This document shows positions 40,471 to 53,900 of a stretch of DNA of 64,000 bases, in pieces. The DNA comes from Mobula hypostoma (taxonomy: Eukaryota), in NCBI RefSeq assembly GCF_963921235.1, contig NC_086097.1:91328001-91392000 (forward strand). The letters run 5' to 3'. Every line of letters begins with the position of its first letter. Position 1 is the first letter of the stretch. The position numbers and the translations under genes are program-made. A model generated the notes under the pieces. That model saw nothing but the letters and a program-made list of their open reading frames with translations, was not told the DNA's origin and searched no databases.

Positions 40471-43400
40471 TTTAGAGGGATCCGGTTGTCCTTCAAAACT
40501 GTTCACTGAAATTTAACATGCAGGTGAGGAAGTAGTTTGGAAAGTGAGGGAACAATATTTGGGACATTACTGCAAGCAGATGTGAGTAAAAGAGTAAAAT
40601 TTGAGATTGTTTAATGTCATTTCCTATTCATAAGTGTAAACATGAACAAAATAATTGGTACTCCAGATCGGATGGAGCATAAAAAAACACAAAAGAAAAA
40701 GAACACAATAACAATAAAAATCAGAATTATCATAAATACAGAACATAGCTTACATACAGTACATAGATTGATTGCCTGTCCATAAAGTGACGCTAGGCTA
40801 CAGAAATCCCATGGCTTTCTGTCAGGACTTTGTATGTTCTCCCCATGACTGCATGGGTTTCCTCTGGGTGCTCCGGTTTCCTCCCACAGTCCAAAGACGT
40901 ACCAGTTGATAGGTTAAGTGGTGATTGTAAATTGTCCTATGATTAGGCTCGGATTAAATTGGGGGATTGCTGGGCAGCGATTGCTGGTGGAGTTAGTGGG
41001 TGGAGGTCTTGATCAGTCTTAATGCTTGGAGAAAGTAACTACTTTTTAGTCTGGTGGTCCTGGCATGGATGTTACGTAGCCTGCTCCCTGATGGGAGTGA
41101 GATAAACAGTCCATGAGCAGGGTGTGTGGGATCCTTCATGATGTTACTGGCCCTCTCTTGCCACCTTTATGTATATACTGTACATCCTTGATGGCTGTTG
41201 CCGGTGATGCATTGGGCAGTTTTGACTACCCATTGTAGAGGCTTCCTGCCCACCACAGTCCAGTTTCTGTCCCAAACGGTCAGGATGCTCTCCACTGCAC
41301 ATCTGTAGAATGACGTTGAGTGTGTCCACTGTGTAGAAAAAGAGCGTCAGATTGCAGCAGCATAAATTGAGCTCTGACCAGCAATCAATCAGTGTTTGGG
41401 ATTGATTAGCAAGAGCAAATTAAAGGAAAAGCAGGGGCAAACTCTGCAGTCATCATCAGAGTGGACTGAGTTAGAGTGATGAGTTAGAGCGGCTTTTGCT
41501 CTCCAAGACTTCGGGGAAGAGAGGCTTCAGTAAGAGAAAGCAAACAAGAAAACCTCAAAGTAAAGTTTTTTTTCCCCTTCCCTTCTTTATATCTGCTCAG
41601 CTAGGAGATTAGAGGTGCCAGGCAGGGTAGTGGAATGCTCCTCTTGTGGGATGTGGGAAGGTAAAGAGACCTCCAGTGTCCCTGACAACAACAACTGCAA
41701 GAAGTGCATCCAGCTGCAGCTTCTAACAATTAGTGTTAAAGAGTTGGAGCTGGAAATGGATGAACTACAGCTCATTTGGGAGGCTGAAGGGGTGATAGAC
41801 AGGACATAGAGAGAGGACGAAGGAAACTGGGTGACAGTCAGGAACGAGAAAGGGGTTAAGAAGCCAGCACTGAGTACCCCTGTGGCCATCCCCCTCAACA
41901 ACACTTTGGTGGGGGGGGAGGGGGAGGGATTTGACCTAATAGAGGAACGTCACAGCAGTCGGGTCTCTGGCACTGAGGCACTCCGTGACTCAGAAGCAAA
42001 GTGGGGGGGGGGGCTGTGAAGAGGCATTCTGTGGTGATAGGTGATTCAATACTTAGGGAACAGATAGGGGTTCTGTGGATGAACAAATGAGATGCTTATG
42101 GAGTATAAGAAATGCAAGAGAACACTCAACAAAGAAATTAGGAAGGCTAAAAGAAGGCATGAAGTTGCTCTAGCAACCAAAGTGAAAAAGAATCCTAAAG
42201 GATTCTACAGATATGTTAAGAGCAAAAGAATTGCAAGCTGCAGAACTGGTCCTCTGGAAAACCAAAATGGTATTCCATGTGTGGGGTCAAAGCTTATGGG
42301 GAAGATCTTAAATGAATCTTTTGCACCTGTATTTACTCAGGAAACAGACACAGATATAAAAGTGAGGCAAAGCAGCATCAACTTCATGGACCCTGCACAG
42401 ATTACAGAGGAGGAGGTGTTTGCTGTCCTGAGGCAAATCATTGTGGATAAATCCCCAGGGCAAGATAAAGTGTTCCCTTAGACTCCATAGGGGACAATGC
42501 AGAAATAACCAAGACCCTAGCAGAGATACTTAAATCATTCTTAGCAACAAGAGAGGTACCAGAGGATTGAGGTATATCCAAAGTTGTTCTGCTGTTTAAA
42601 AAAGGCTCTAAATATAAACCAAGAAATTATAGGACGATGAGTCTGACACCTGTTGGTGAAAAATTATTGGACGGTATTCTAAGAGACCGGATATAAACGT
42701 ATTTGCATAGACGTGGACTGATTAAGGACAATCAGTATGGCTTTGTATGGTAGGTCATGTCTAACCAATATTACCAGGAAAGTGGATGAAGGCAAGGCGG
42801 TGGATGTTGTCTACATGAACCTTAGCAAGGTATTTGACAAGGTCCTGCCTGGGGGGATGGGTAAGGAGGTTCAGTCGCTCTGAGCCTTCAAGGTGAGATA
42901 GTAAATTGAATTACACATTGGCTTTGTGGGAGAAGCCAGAGAGTGGTAGTAGATGGTTGTCTCTCTGACTGGAGGCCTGAGATTAGTGGAGTGATGCAGG
43001 GATTAGTACTGGGTCTGTGGTTGCTTGTCATATATATCAACGATCTGGATAATAATGTGGTTAACTAGAACTGCAAGTTTGCAGATGACACCAAGATTGG
43101 GGGTGTAGTGGACAGTGAGGAAAGCTATCATGACTTGAAGAGAGATCTGCATCAGCTGGAAAAATCGGCTGAAAAATGGCAGATGGAATTTAATGCAGAC
43201 AAGTGCGAGGTGTTGCAGTCTGATTGGACCAACCAGGGTAGGTCTTACACAGTGAATGGCCGGGCACTGAGGAATGTGACAGAACAAAGGGATTGGGGAA
43301 TACAGGTCCATAATTCGTTGAAAGTGATGTCACAGGTAGATAGGGTCATAAGGAAATCTTTTGGCACATTGGCCTTCATAAATCAAAGCACTGAGTACAG

Positions 43401-43778
43401 GAGATGGAATGTTATGTTGAGGTTGCATAAGATGTAGGTGAAGCCTAATTTGGAGTATTGTGTGCAGTTTTTAGGTCACCTACCTACAGGAAAGATGTAA
43501 ATAAGGTTGAAAGAGTACAGAGAAAGTTTACAAGGATTTTGCCGAGTCTAGAGAACCTGAGTTATAAGGAAAGATTGACTAGATTAGGATTGTATTCTTT
43601 GGAACGTAGAAGATTGAAAGATTGAAAAGACATTTGATAGACGCGTACAAAATTATGAGGGGGTGTAGATAGGTAAATGCAAACACGAGGAATTCTGCGG
43701 ATGCTGGAAATTCAAGCAACACACATCAAAGTTGCTGGTGAACACAGCAGGCCAGGCAGCATCTCTAGGAAGAGAAAC

Positions 43779-43814
43779 AGTCGATGTTTCGGGCCGAGAC
43801 CCTTCGTCAGGACT
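43779..43814 (-). ncRNA. Minimal hammerhead ribozyme motif, intact core
   Basis: Minus strand AGTC-CTGACGA-aGGGT CTCG GCCC-GAAA-CAT-C-GACT. The partner at 45052-45087 (+) has CTGACAA (G8 mutated). Confidence 0.7.
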
Positions 43815-44165
43815 AACTGAAGGAAGAGCTAGTAAGAGATTTGAAAGTGGGAGGGGGAGGGGGAGATCCAAAATGATAAGAGAAGACAGGAGGGGGAGGG
43901 ATGGAGCCAAGAGCTGGACAGGTGATTGGCAAAAGGGATATGAGAGGATCATGGGACAGGAGGCCCAGGGAGAAGGAAAAGGGGAGGGAGGGAAAACCCA
44001 GAGGATGGGCAAGGGGTATAGTCAGAGGGACAGAGGAAGAAAAAGGAGAGAGAGAGAAAGAATGTGTGAATATAAATAAATAACAGATGGGGTACGAGGG
44101 GGAGGTGGGGCATTAGTGGAAGTTAGAGAAGTCAATGTTCATGGCATCAGGTTGGAGGTCTCCGC

Positions 44166-44753
44166 AGCCTCCGGGTCCAACATATAATTCTCCGTAACTT
44201 CTGCCACCTCCAACAGAATCCCACCACTAAGCGCATCTTTCCCTCCCACCCTCTCTCTGCTTTCCACAGGGATCGCTCCCTACGCGACTCCCTTGTCCAT
44301 TCATCCCCCCCATCCCTCCCCACTGATCTCCCTCCTGGCACTTATCCTTGTAAGCGGAACAAGTGCTACACATGCCCTTACACTTCCTCCCTCACCACCA
44401 TTCAGGGCCCTAGACAGTCCTTCCAGGTGAGGCAACACTTCACCTGTGAGTCGGCTGGGGTGATATACTGCATCCGGTGCTCCCGATGTGGCCTTCTATA
44501 TATTGGCGAGACCCGACGCAGACTGGGAGATCGTTTTGCTGAACACCTACGCTCTGTCCGCCAGAGAAAGCAAGATCTCCCAGTGGCCACACATTTTAAT
44601 TCCACATCCCATCCCCATTCTGATATGTCTATCCACGGCCTCCTCTACTGTAAAGATGAAGCCACACTCAGATTGGAGGAACAACACCTTATATTCTGTC
44701 TGGGTAGCCTCCAACCTGATGGCATGAACATTGACTTCTCTAACTTCCACTAA
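44166..44753 (+). pseudogene. PLE ORF C-terminus: Cys-finger linker plus GIY-YIG endonuclease (open frame, 5'-truncated, no RT)
   Basis: Stop-free frame SLRVQHIILRNF...PCKRNKCYTCP...FTCESAGVIYCIRCSRCGLLYIGETRRRLGDRFAEH...HF...EQHLIFCLGSLQPDGMN. Confidence 0.88.
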
Positions 44754-47700
44754 TGCCCCACCTCCCCCTCGTACCCCATCCGTTATTTATTTATATTCAC
44801 ACATTCTTTCTCTCTCTCTCCTTTTTCTCCCTCTGTCCCTCTGACTATACCCCTTGCCCATCCTCTGGGTTTTCCCCCCTCCCCCTTTTCCTACTCCCTG
44901 GACCTCCTGTCCCATGATCCTCTCATATCCCTTTTGCCAATCAACTGTCCAGCTCTTGGCTCCATCCCTCCCCCTCCTGTCTTCTCCTATCATTTTGGAT
45001 CTCCCCCTCCCCCTCCCACTTTCAAATCTCTTTCTCGCTCTTCCTTCAGTTAGTCCTGACAAAGGGTCTCGGCCCGAAACGTCGACTGTACCTCTTCCTA
45101 GAGATGCTGTCTGGCCTGCTGCGTTCACCAGCAACTCTGATGTGTGTTGCTTATAGGGTAAATGCAAGCAGCTTTTTCCACTGAGGTTGGGTGGAACTAT
45201 AACCAGATGTCATGGGTTAAGGATGAAAGGTAAAACGTTTAAGGGGAACATGAGGGGAAGTTCTTCATAAAGGGTCGTCAGTGTGTGGAATGAGATGCTA
45301 GTACAGGCAGTGAATGTGAGCTCGATTTCAACGTTTAAGAGAAGTTTGGATAGATCCATGGATAGTAAGGATGTGGAGGGCTATGATCTCACTGCAGATT
45401 GCTGAAAGTAGGCAAATTTAATGGTTTTGTCATGGACTAGATGGGCCAAAGGGCTTGTTTCTGTGTTGTACTTTTCAATGACTCTATTACTCTATGGATG
45501 TGCAAAATCCAGCTTGCTTCAGCCTGCTCAGAATGTAGAGGTGTTGGTGAGCTTTCTTGACTGTGTAGGATGCGTTCCGGGACTATGAGGCGTTATGTGT
45601 GATGTGCACCCTGAGGTTCTTGAAACTGCTCAAATTCTCTTCTGCTATGCCACTGATGTAAAGGAGCGTGAGTTCTTCTGGTTGATAACCATCTCCTTTG
45701 TCTTGGTGACATTAAGGAAGAGGTTTTTTTACTTGGTACCAGGCCTCAAGTTCTTCCACTTCTTCTCTGTAGGCCTTCTCATCACTGTTAGTGAGGAGCC
45801 CTACCACTGTCAGACATGAGTGTACAGCAATGAGCTCAGCACTCAGCCCTGGAAGGCACCTGCATTGAGAATGATGGCGTGAGGGGAGTGGTTGTGCATC
45901 CTGGCTATCTGAGGCCTGTTGGTTAGGAAGTCCAACACTCAGTTGCAGAGTGGTGTATTTAGATTGAGGAGTAGGAATTTGTTCATCAAGGTCTGTGGGA
46001 CAATAGTGTTGAATTCCAAACTAAAATCCAGAAAAAGGATTCTGACACAAGTGCCCTTGTTTTCTAGCTGTGTCAGGGCCAGGCGTAAGACAGATGCTAA
46101 GGCATCTGTCGTAGAGCAATTCTGTTGGTGAGCATATTGGTGAGTGTCCAACATGGCAGAAATGAAGTTTGTGAAATGTGCCATTATCAGCCATTCAAAA
46201 CACTTCATGATGATTGGCATCAGTGCCACCAACAGGTAAGTCTATTAGTTCTGAAAGTGTAGAGTTCTTTGGTACAGGGATGATGGTGACATTTGGGCAC
46301 AGCGGCCTGGTTCAATGACGCGGTTTTGCCTTGCATAGTTTGCAATGTCCTTGGTGCACAACCACGTAACACTGGGGATCATTACCGGACAGGTGTTCTT
46401 GAACTTTCTGTGCATAGGCAGCCTTCACCCTCTTGATGCCTAAGATGTGGACTCCCCTGAGTGCTCGAGAACTGTTCTGTCTCCGGAATTGAAGGCAGCA
46501 TCGAAGGCTTTTAGTCGGGGGTGTACCTTTGCGTACAGCCAGGGTTTGCTGGTTGGGCCATGAGGTGACCAATAGGTCATCTTGATTGTTTTCTCCATTC
46601 TCAGTGGTGTCCATTATGCTGGGATTAACATTATGGAAGTGTGGTCAGAGAGGTCAGGATGAGACCGTGGGATCGCTTTGTAAGCAGAATGTTTGTTTGT
46701 ATAAACGTGGTCCAGTCTGTCTGTTCTCCTCGTAGCCATAGTGACATCTTTGTGGAATTTGGGTAAAACGTCCGGCAGATCAACATGATTGAAGTCTCCT
46801 GCAATTGTGAAGAGACTGTCTGGATGCTTATTTTGTAAGAAGCTGATGATACTGTAAAGCTCTCCCAGTGTGACCTTGGTGTTTGTACTTGAGGGGATGT
46901 AGACAGCTGGAACAGTAAACTCCCCGAGGAGAGGCCTTACTGCAACTATAGGGCTCTAGTGAGATGGCATCTAGAATATTGTGTACAGGTTAGGTCTTCT
47001 GATCTAACAGAGTGCATACTCACCACAGATGGTGTGCAATGAAGACTTAGCAGATTAATTCTAGGGGTGGGAGGATTGTTAACATGAGTAATTATTTATT
47101 CTAGATAGAAATCCTTTAGAGCTTAGAAGAGTGGAAGGTCATCTCACTGATAGGTACAGAATTGTTATGGAGATCAACATGGATAATGCAAGGATGATGT
47201 TTCCTCTGACTAGAATGAGCAGAATCAGGAGTGGTGCATAAAGACATTCAGGACTGAGTAAGAAATGCCTTCACTTTGAGGCTGATGAATCTAGAACTCT
47301 GTGCAGGAGGGTTGTGGATACCCAAGTAGCTGTGCTTGCTCAAATGAGGCAATGATAGGGTTTTGCACATTAAGCGAATCGACTTATTCAACATATGTCA
47401 TCAACTTGCACTAATGTTATGTTTATTTTGTTTATTTGTGTGGGCTAAGTTATATATAATTCATGTTTGTCTTTTTGTCACGTACTGTGCTACTGCAAAA
47501 AACTAATTTTGTGACATTTAATGCTGTGTACGTACAAGAGTAAGCTCAAACTTGCAACAAGAAAATGATGCAGTGGTTAAAATCAGCCACAGTTTTATTG
47601 ACGGCAATAAGGGGCTGCGTGACTTACTCCTGCTTTGATTTTCTCCATGTAGCATGGAGAAACAACACCTCTACATTCATAAGACTATAAGACCATAAGA

Positions 47701-48029
47701 CACAAGCACATAATCAGACCATTCTGCCCATCGAGTTACTCTGACATTCCATGATGGCTGATTTATTATGCTTTTCAATGCTATTCTCCTGCCTCCTCCT
47801 TGTAACCTTTGACACCCTTACTAAGTAAAAACTTATTGACCTTTGCATTAAGTGTATGCACCCAACGACTTGGTCTCAGTTAGAGTCACACAGCAACCCG
47901 ACATGGAGGCATCTCACCATTCTTTGATTGCCACCAAGGCTGAATCCTGGAATTCCCTTCCTGGGAACGCTCTGAGAGAATTCCACCAAATGGATTCAAA
48001 AATAGATCAGCATCCCAAAGATAACCAGG

Positions 48030-48260
48030 CACTTTGCAAGTGATGACCAGTTCAACAGACTGAATCTTAAAATATTTCAATGAAATATCATTGAACAGAT
48101 GAACCTTTGCCCTAACATTTTAACTAACAGGCAGCATCTCGAACAATATAGTATTCCACCAGTATTTCACTGGATATTCAGACAGAATTACGTAGTTAGA
48201 CATCTCTGGACTGGAATTCAAACCCTAAACTTTCTGACCAAGTGGAGGTGAGCTTAAGTG
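48030..48260 (-). mobile_element. Old DeuSINE (SacSINE1-like) fragment; similar pieces at ~21540-21650, 23040-23190 and 25480-25610
   Basis: ggcagcatctcgaacaatatagtattccaccagtatttcactgga..tctctggactggaattcaaaccc resembles the reverse complement of the SacSINE1 head and Deu domain. Confidence 0.5.
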
Positions 48261-48307
48261 GAGCAGTGATGATAACTCATCGTGAAACCCAGATATTATT
48301 TAGTGCA

Positions 48308-48444
48308 AAGCAACACATAAAATGTTGGAGGAACTCAGCAGGCCAGGCAGCATCTATAGAAAAGAGTAAACAGTGGACATTTTGGGCCGAGACCCTTCAT
48401 CAGGACTGCTTTAGATTTCCATCATCCGCAGATTTTCTCATGTT
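48308..48444. mobile_element. 137-bp internally inverted Penelope pLTR insertion with a 14-bp TSD
   Basis: tattattta(g/a)tgca at 48294-48307 and 48445-48458; minus-strand hammerhead with GAAA>AAAA at 48371-48408. Confidence 0.85.
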
Positions 48445-49987
48445 TATTATTTAATGCAGCTAAATTCTGGGGTTCTGTGGTGATAGACAAATCACTACCC
48501 TTGCAGCCTAATGAAACTAGATCATTCTAAACAACAGCAGGTGATCCTGAGCACATCTATGGACCCGCAGTTTGGCACAACGGCATACTGCTGACATATA
48601 ATTTGCCCAAGTCATGGTTTTATTATCTGCCTGTCAAGGGACAAAGGTTAAGAGTGGGTCTCAGCACAATGAAATATATGAGGATATTGCAGATGGGTTA
48701 GTGGGGATTTTCCACAGGACCACAGGTTTTAAAATTGTACAGTTGGATTAGAAAATTACAATTGAAGAAGGTTAAAAGGCAAGGAAACAGCAGACACATC
48801 AATTTGTGAAATGCAGAAAATCTATCATCTGTGACAGAGTGGCTGGGGACTTTAACAAAGAAGAGGCGATTAAAGAAAGTCAGTACACATTTTTAATGGA
48901 TGGTTAGGTGCAAGTAATCTTGATGTTTTTATTTCAGGAGGGCGCTAGAATGCTGGGTAGGGGTGTATCCAGGAATTGTGTTGTGTATAGAAGTTTTGTA
49001 GGGGATACTTGGTAAGATTCTAGAAAATATAAGAATCACAAAAAAAGTGCAGTGAATTAGAAATAACTTTATAAGGTTGGGAGTTGGGAGACTGGGATGG
49101 AGATTAGAGGCATTCTCACCTACTTGCTGGTGAGGCATAGCTACCCTGAGGCATCTGTTCAGGAAGCTCAGATTTACAACATATAAATTAATATAGACAT
49201 ATAAAGCAGCATTGTTTATTCAGGTTTGCAGCTGAAAAATATTTCAGCAGCTCGGTAAATAACAAAGGTATTTGTAATTTAGATGAAATAGAGCAGATCG
49301 TGACTTTGTAAGACTGTATAAAACAGATCAGCAGCCCGTTTCAGCCGATTTAATGCCTTTTCCAACTTTTATATCCAGTAATCTTGATGGAAATGAAGAA
49401 AATTAATAAGACTGCTGATCTGCTATCATTTTATACCAGCACAAAAAATTAAGATCCAGCCCAGTGAGAGTGACGAATAGAGCCAAAAGTCTGGGAAGTG
49501 TGAGGCACTGACACTGGGAGAAAAATAATGTATCATGAATTGTGAATAAGCATAGGTTCATGGAATATAACTGTCTCGATTCTATACTAAATTAACAACC
49601 TCAAGTGGCTAAGACCTTGCAGTTTTTGACAGATATAGAAGAGGGCTGATAGTGATAGATTTAGAAATTTTTGACAGGTGATGTGACAGTTGAAGAAATG
49701 GAATTTAGTTTCTGGAGAAGCTTTGACTTGACATTTTATTTGTGTTATTTTGCAATACTTACACCAGACATCTTCAGCAGAATACCAAACTAGTTCTCAC
49801 GTGAAGTCACACTTGCAACAACACCAAGAGTAGGAGATGGGCGAACATGTGACTGGAATCCTACGCATAGCAACGCTGCTTGGACGTCTCAGGAGATCAT
49901 CTCCAGTTATCTCCAGAGACAGACTCACATCTGATGGCCCATCTGCTGGTGCCGTATTGTGTTGCAATCATGAGAGTGAAACCTTGA

Positions 49988-51990
49988 ACATAGAACATAG
50001 CCCAAGAGCTGATGCTTTAACCTACTCCAAGATCGATCTAACACTTCCCTCCTGCATAAAGCTTCACTTTTTCTTTCGTCCATGTGTCTATCCAAGAATC
50101 TCTTAAATGTTCTTAATGTATCTGCCTCTACCACCACCCCAGACAAGGTGTTCCACACATCTAGAACTCGTGTAAAAAACCTACTTCTGACATTCCCCCT
50201 AAATATTCCTCTAATGCGCTTAAAATTATGCCCTCTTGTCTTTGCCATGTCTGCCCTGGGGAAAAATTTCAAGTTTCAAAGTTCAAAAAAGTTATTAGCA
50301 AAGTATATAGATGTCACCATATGCTACCCTGAGATTCATTTTCTTGTCGGCATTCACAGTGAGTTTGAAGAAACACAATAGAATCAATGAAAAGCCGTAC
50401 ACAACAAGACGGACAAACAACCAGTGTGCAAAAGACAACAAAGTATGCAAATGCAAAAAGATGTAAAAAACAAAATAATAATAATAAATATTTAGAAAAT
50501 TAGATGAGTCCTTGCTGAAAGTGAGGTTGTGGGGTCAGTTCAGTGTTGAGGTGAGTGAAGTTATCCTCTCTGATTCAAGAGCCTGATGGTTGTAGGGTAT
50601 AGTTGTTCCTGAATCTGGTTTTGTGGAATCTAAGGCTCCTGTACCTCCTTCTTGATGGTAGCAATGAGATGAGACCTGGATGACGGGGGTCTTCGATGCT
50701 GGATGCTGCTTTCTTATGGATGGTGAGGTTTCTTGATGTAGATGCTGCTTTCCTGCGACAACGACGGCTGTCCATACTTTCAATGCCTCTTATCATCTTG
50801 TTCATCTCTATCAACACACCTCTCATCCGCCTTCGCTGTGAGGAGAAAAGCCCTAGCTTGTTCAACTTTTCCTCATTCTTCCTAATCCAGACAGAACCCT
50901 GGTAAATCTCCTCTGCACCCTCTCTAAAGCTTCCAAGTGCTTTCCATAATGAGGTGACCAGTGTTGAACACAATACCTCAAGTGTGTTCTAACCAGAGTT
51001 TTATAGAGCTGCAATGTTACCTTGATGCTCTTGAACTCAATCCCCCAGCACACCACTCACCTTCTTAACCTTGCTATCAACTGACATGGCAACCTTGAGG
51101 GATCATAAATGCAACAGAATTTACAGGTGCTGGAAATCCAGAGCAACACCCACAAAACGCAGCTGGACCTCAGAAGGCATGGCAGAACAACTGGAAATGA
51201 ATGAAGACTCATATTGGATCCTAATGAAGGGTCTTGTCCCAAAACATCTACTGTTTACTCTTTTCCATTGATGCAGCCTAGCCTGCTAGGTTCCTCCAGC
51301 ATTTTCTGGGTGTAAATTTGGGGGATCTATGAATGTCGACCTCAGGACCCCTCTGTTCCACCGCACTGATAGGAATCCTGCTATTAACACTGTATTCTGC
51401 CTTCAAATTTGATCTTTCAAACTAAATCACTTCACACTTTTCTAGGATGAACTCCATCTTCCACTTCACAGCCCAGCTCTGCATCCTGTCAATGCCCTCT
51501 TGTAACCTGCAACACCCTTCTCCACAATCCACATCACCACCAACCTTCCTGTCATCTTTGAACTTACTAACCCATCCCCCAATTCTTCATCCAAGTCAAT
51601 TCTAAAAATCACAAAGAGCAGGGGTCCCAGAACAGATCCTACTTGACACCACTGGTCACCAACCTCCAGGCTGAATATGCTTCAACTACTACATCCCTCT
51701 GCCTTCTATGGAAAAGCCAGTTCTGAATCCACGCAGCGTTTCCCTAGATCCCATGCTACATGACTTTCTGAATCAGCCTACGATGGGGAAGCCTGTCAAA
51801 CATCTTAACGAAATACATGCACCAAATCAGCTGCTCTACCTTCAGCAATTTATTCCTTTGCTTCCTTGAGGAATTCACTCAGGCTCATGAGGCACAACCT
51901 GTCCCTCACAAAGCCAAGCTGACTATCCTTAATCTGACTATGCTTCTCCAAATGCTTTGTAAATCCTGCTTCTAGGAATCTTTTCCGTTG
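49988..51990 (-). mobile_element. CR1 LINE (RT to 3' end) with nested insertions at ~50270-50765 and 51105-51317
   Basis: SQLGFVRDRLCLMSLSEF; LYKTLVRTHLRYCVQHWSPHY..LERVQRRFTR; TRGHNFK; (ctatgtt)n tail at ~49990. Confidence 0.85.
51105..51317. mobile_element. Fold-back Penelope pLTR mini-insertion in CR1
   Basis: TSD ttg(a/g)gggatc at 51095-51104 and 51318-51327; the arms are in opposite orientation. Confidence 0.75.
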
Positions 51991-52096
51991 TACAACTTTG
52001 ACAACGTGAACAGCAACTGAAGGAGGTTCAAAGGAAAGACGGGCAGGAGAAGGAGGAAAGTGGTCATCGGCATGAGAAAAAGGCTGTCTATGGTGA

Positions 52097-52293
52097 CGGG
52101 GAGAGGGAGGGAAGGAGGGAGAGGGAGAGACAGAGGGAGGGAGGGCGAGGGAGAGAGAGAGTGGGGAGGGAGAGGGAGAGAGAGAAGGGGAGGGAGGGAG
52201 AGAGTGGGAGGGAGAGAGTGGAAGAGAGAGAGGGGGAGGGAAAGGGGAGAAGGAGAGAGGGAGGAAGGGAGGGAGAGGAAGCGGGAGAGGGAG
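52097..52293 (+). repeat. Polypurine (GA-rich) low-complexity tract
   Basis: About 200 bp of almost only G and A. Confidence 0.95.
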
Positions 52294-53384
52294 ATTGATT
52301 CCCAATTTGTCAATGTGGAGCGGAGAGTGGGTTTGTAAATCTGGCAGGAAAAAATGATGCTGGGAATGGTAAGGGTCGTGCGCCATCAGAGGGATGCCAG
52401 GGGTGGGGGTGGCATGTGGCCAGACATATCCAGTCTGAGACACCAGGCAGGCATTCGATTCCAAACAATTGGTTTATTGATCATTACAGAATGTCTCTCT
52501 GATGCTTCCCGCTCCCTCCCCTCTCACTTCCCCTTTCCTCAACCATGATTCCCCTCTCTCTGCCCCCTTCCCACTCTCAGTCCACAATTGAGACCCAGAT
52601 CAGAACCAGGATTATCATCATGATTTTTTTTACAGCAGCAATACAGGACAATACATAAAATTACAGCAGTGGTGTGGAGAGGTTTTTTAGGCACTCTAGA
52701 TATATATATATATGAAACTTCTGCACAGTAATACTTTATGCAAAGCACTGGTGTTATCCCTCTGTGGACCAATAACATCTCCTTGAGGATAAGGTCGAAT
52801 GGCTTTATCTTTGATCTTCATAATGGAGGATGAAGCAAAAGTTGTGCAAATGACATCAGAGGTATAGCAAAATGAGGAAGCAAATATAAAAGTGCTCATC
52901 TATGAGGAAAGAATGATTCCAGGACTCCTAGTTTGTGAAATGTTAATGCTTCTACATGTTTTCCGGCAAGCCGCTGTGAGTCATTTCTAATTATCATGAC
53001 CCATAAAATTCTTCCAGGAGCTGGGCTTCAGTATGGTACATTTCCTTTGATAACAGATAATGACCATGAATCTGTTGTCAGCCCTCCTTCCTCACTCAGT
53101 AACATCCACATAGTCTAACAAGGCTGACAAATGTCATGGCTGGATTGACAAGAGAAATCCATTCGACAAGCTTGAAGAGTAACTTATTGCATGGCTTATA
53201 AGTTGCTGCCAAGAAAACTTTTTGCCCCCATTGCTTTCCATTAAATTAGCCTTTTACCTGGCATAGATCCACCATTCCATTAATACGAAGGGCAGAAGCA
53301 AAAGAGTGCAGATCCTGGAAATCGGGAATAGAAACAAAGAAGGACTAAAACATTCAGCAAGTCAGGCAGCACTCGCAGTGAGAG

Positions 53385-53900
53385 AAGCTCACTGTCGGTC
53401 CAGGCCCAGAGCATATCAAGGCGTTGGGCCTGGGTCCTAGTGCGAGGGTCGGCCTGGTGTTTGGACAATTTAAATGCCGGGCCAGATGGACTGAAAAGGT
53501 AAGCTGTCGGGATCAGAGGCGAGGGTGGGGCTGGTCCTGCTCACTGCTCCACCATGTTGACTCCTCTCTCCACGGCGCTGAGGCTGTGTCCTACTCTGGG
53601 CTGCAAGCTCCTTGGCAATTTGCCCAGCTGTGTGATGAACTGAGGCGTGGGCTGTGGGCCTACTCCGGCTGCTCTGGCCTTTGGGATTATGGACTCACTT
53701 TCAGTCTGAATGCTTGCTTTTATTGCTTGCATGATTTCTGTTTCCTTCTCTCTCTGTGCTTTACGTGTTTGTTGGACCTTTTTTTTTAATTGGTTCTTTT
53801 ATCTTTCTTGTCTTGTGGCTGCCTGTAAGGAGACAGCTCTCAAGGTTGTATAATTTATACATATTTTGATAATGAATGTACTTTGAACTTTGAACTTGAA
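53385..53900 (+). mobile_element. Non-autonomous LINE-tailed retroposon
   Basis: GC-rich body, T-rich 3' region and (ctttgaa)n tail; similar tail at ~31790-32070. Confidence 0.55.

Larger units (their letters stand above)
43683..45152 (+). mobile_element. Young 5'-truncated Penelope-like (Neptune-type) element with an inverted pseudo-LTR
   Basis: 43714-44158 is the near-perfect reverse complement of 44708-45152 (445 bp each); TSD atagg(g)taaatgcaa at 43669-43682 and 45153-45167. Confidence 0.93.
41330..45495 (+). mobile_element. CR1 LINE with 5' UTR/ORF1 start, a large internal deletion, RT and intact 3' end
   Basis: ORF1 VECSSCGMWE..CKKCIQLQLL..VKELELE and VVIGDSILR; jump at ~42090 to KKNPKGFYRYVKSKR; FADDTKIGG, KWQMEFNADKCEV; 3' atgactctattactctat. 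Confidence 0.9.
40600..46960 (-). mobile_element. Rex1/Babar LINE (host), split by CR1 at ~41330-45495
   Basis: VALMPIIMKCFEWL, YAHQQNCSTTDA, VRILFLDFSLEFNTIVPQ (45939-46232); APE remnant AGDFNHV (~46790); the C-terminal part and 3' end continue at 40600-41330. Confidence 0.8.

Noticed and set aside
49760..49985. Possible minus-strand first exon ending ATGTCTGGT|gtaagt
   Set aside because: No CpG island or promoter evidence and no supportable downstream exon chain.
51850..52464. 204-aa Pro/Ser/Leu-rich ORF
   Set aside because: Translation of the GA-rich low-complexity tract fused to a CR1 remnant.
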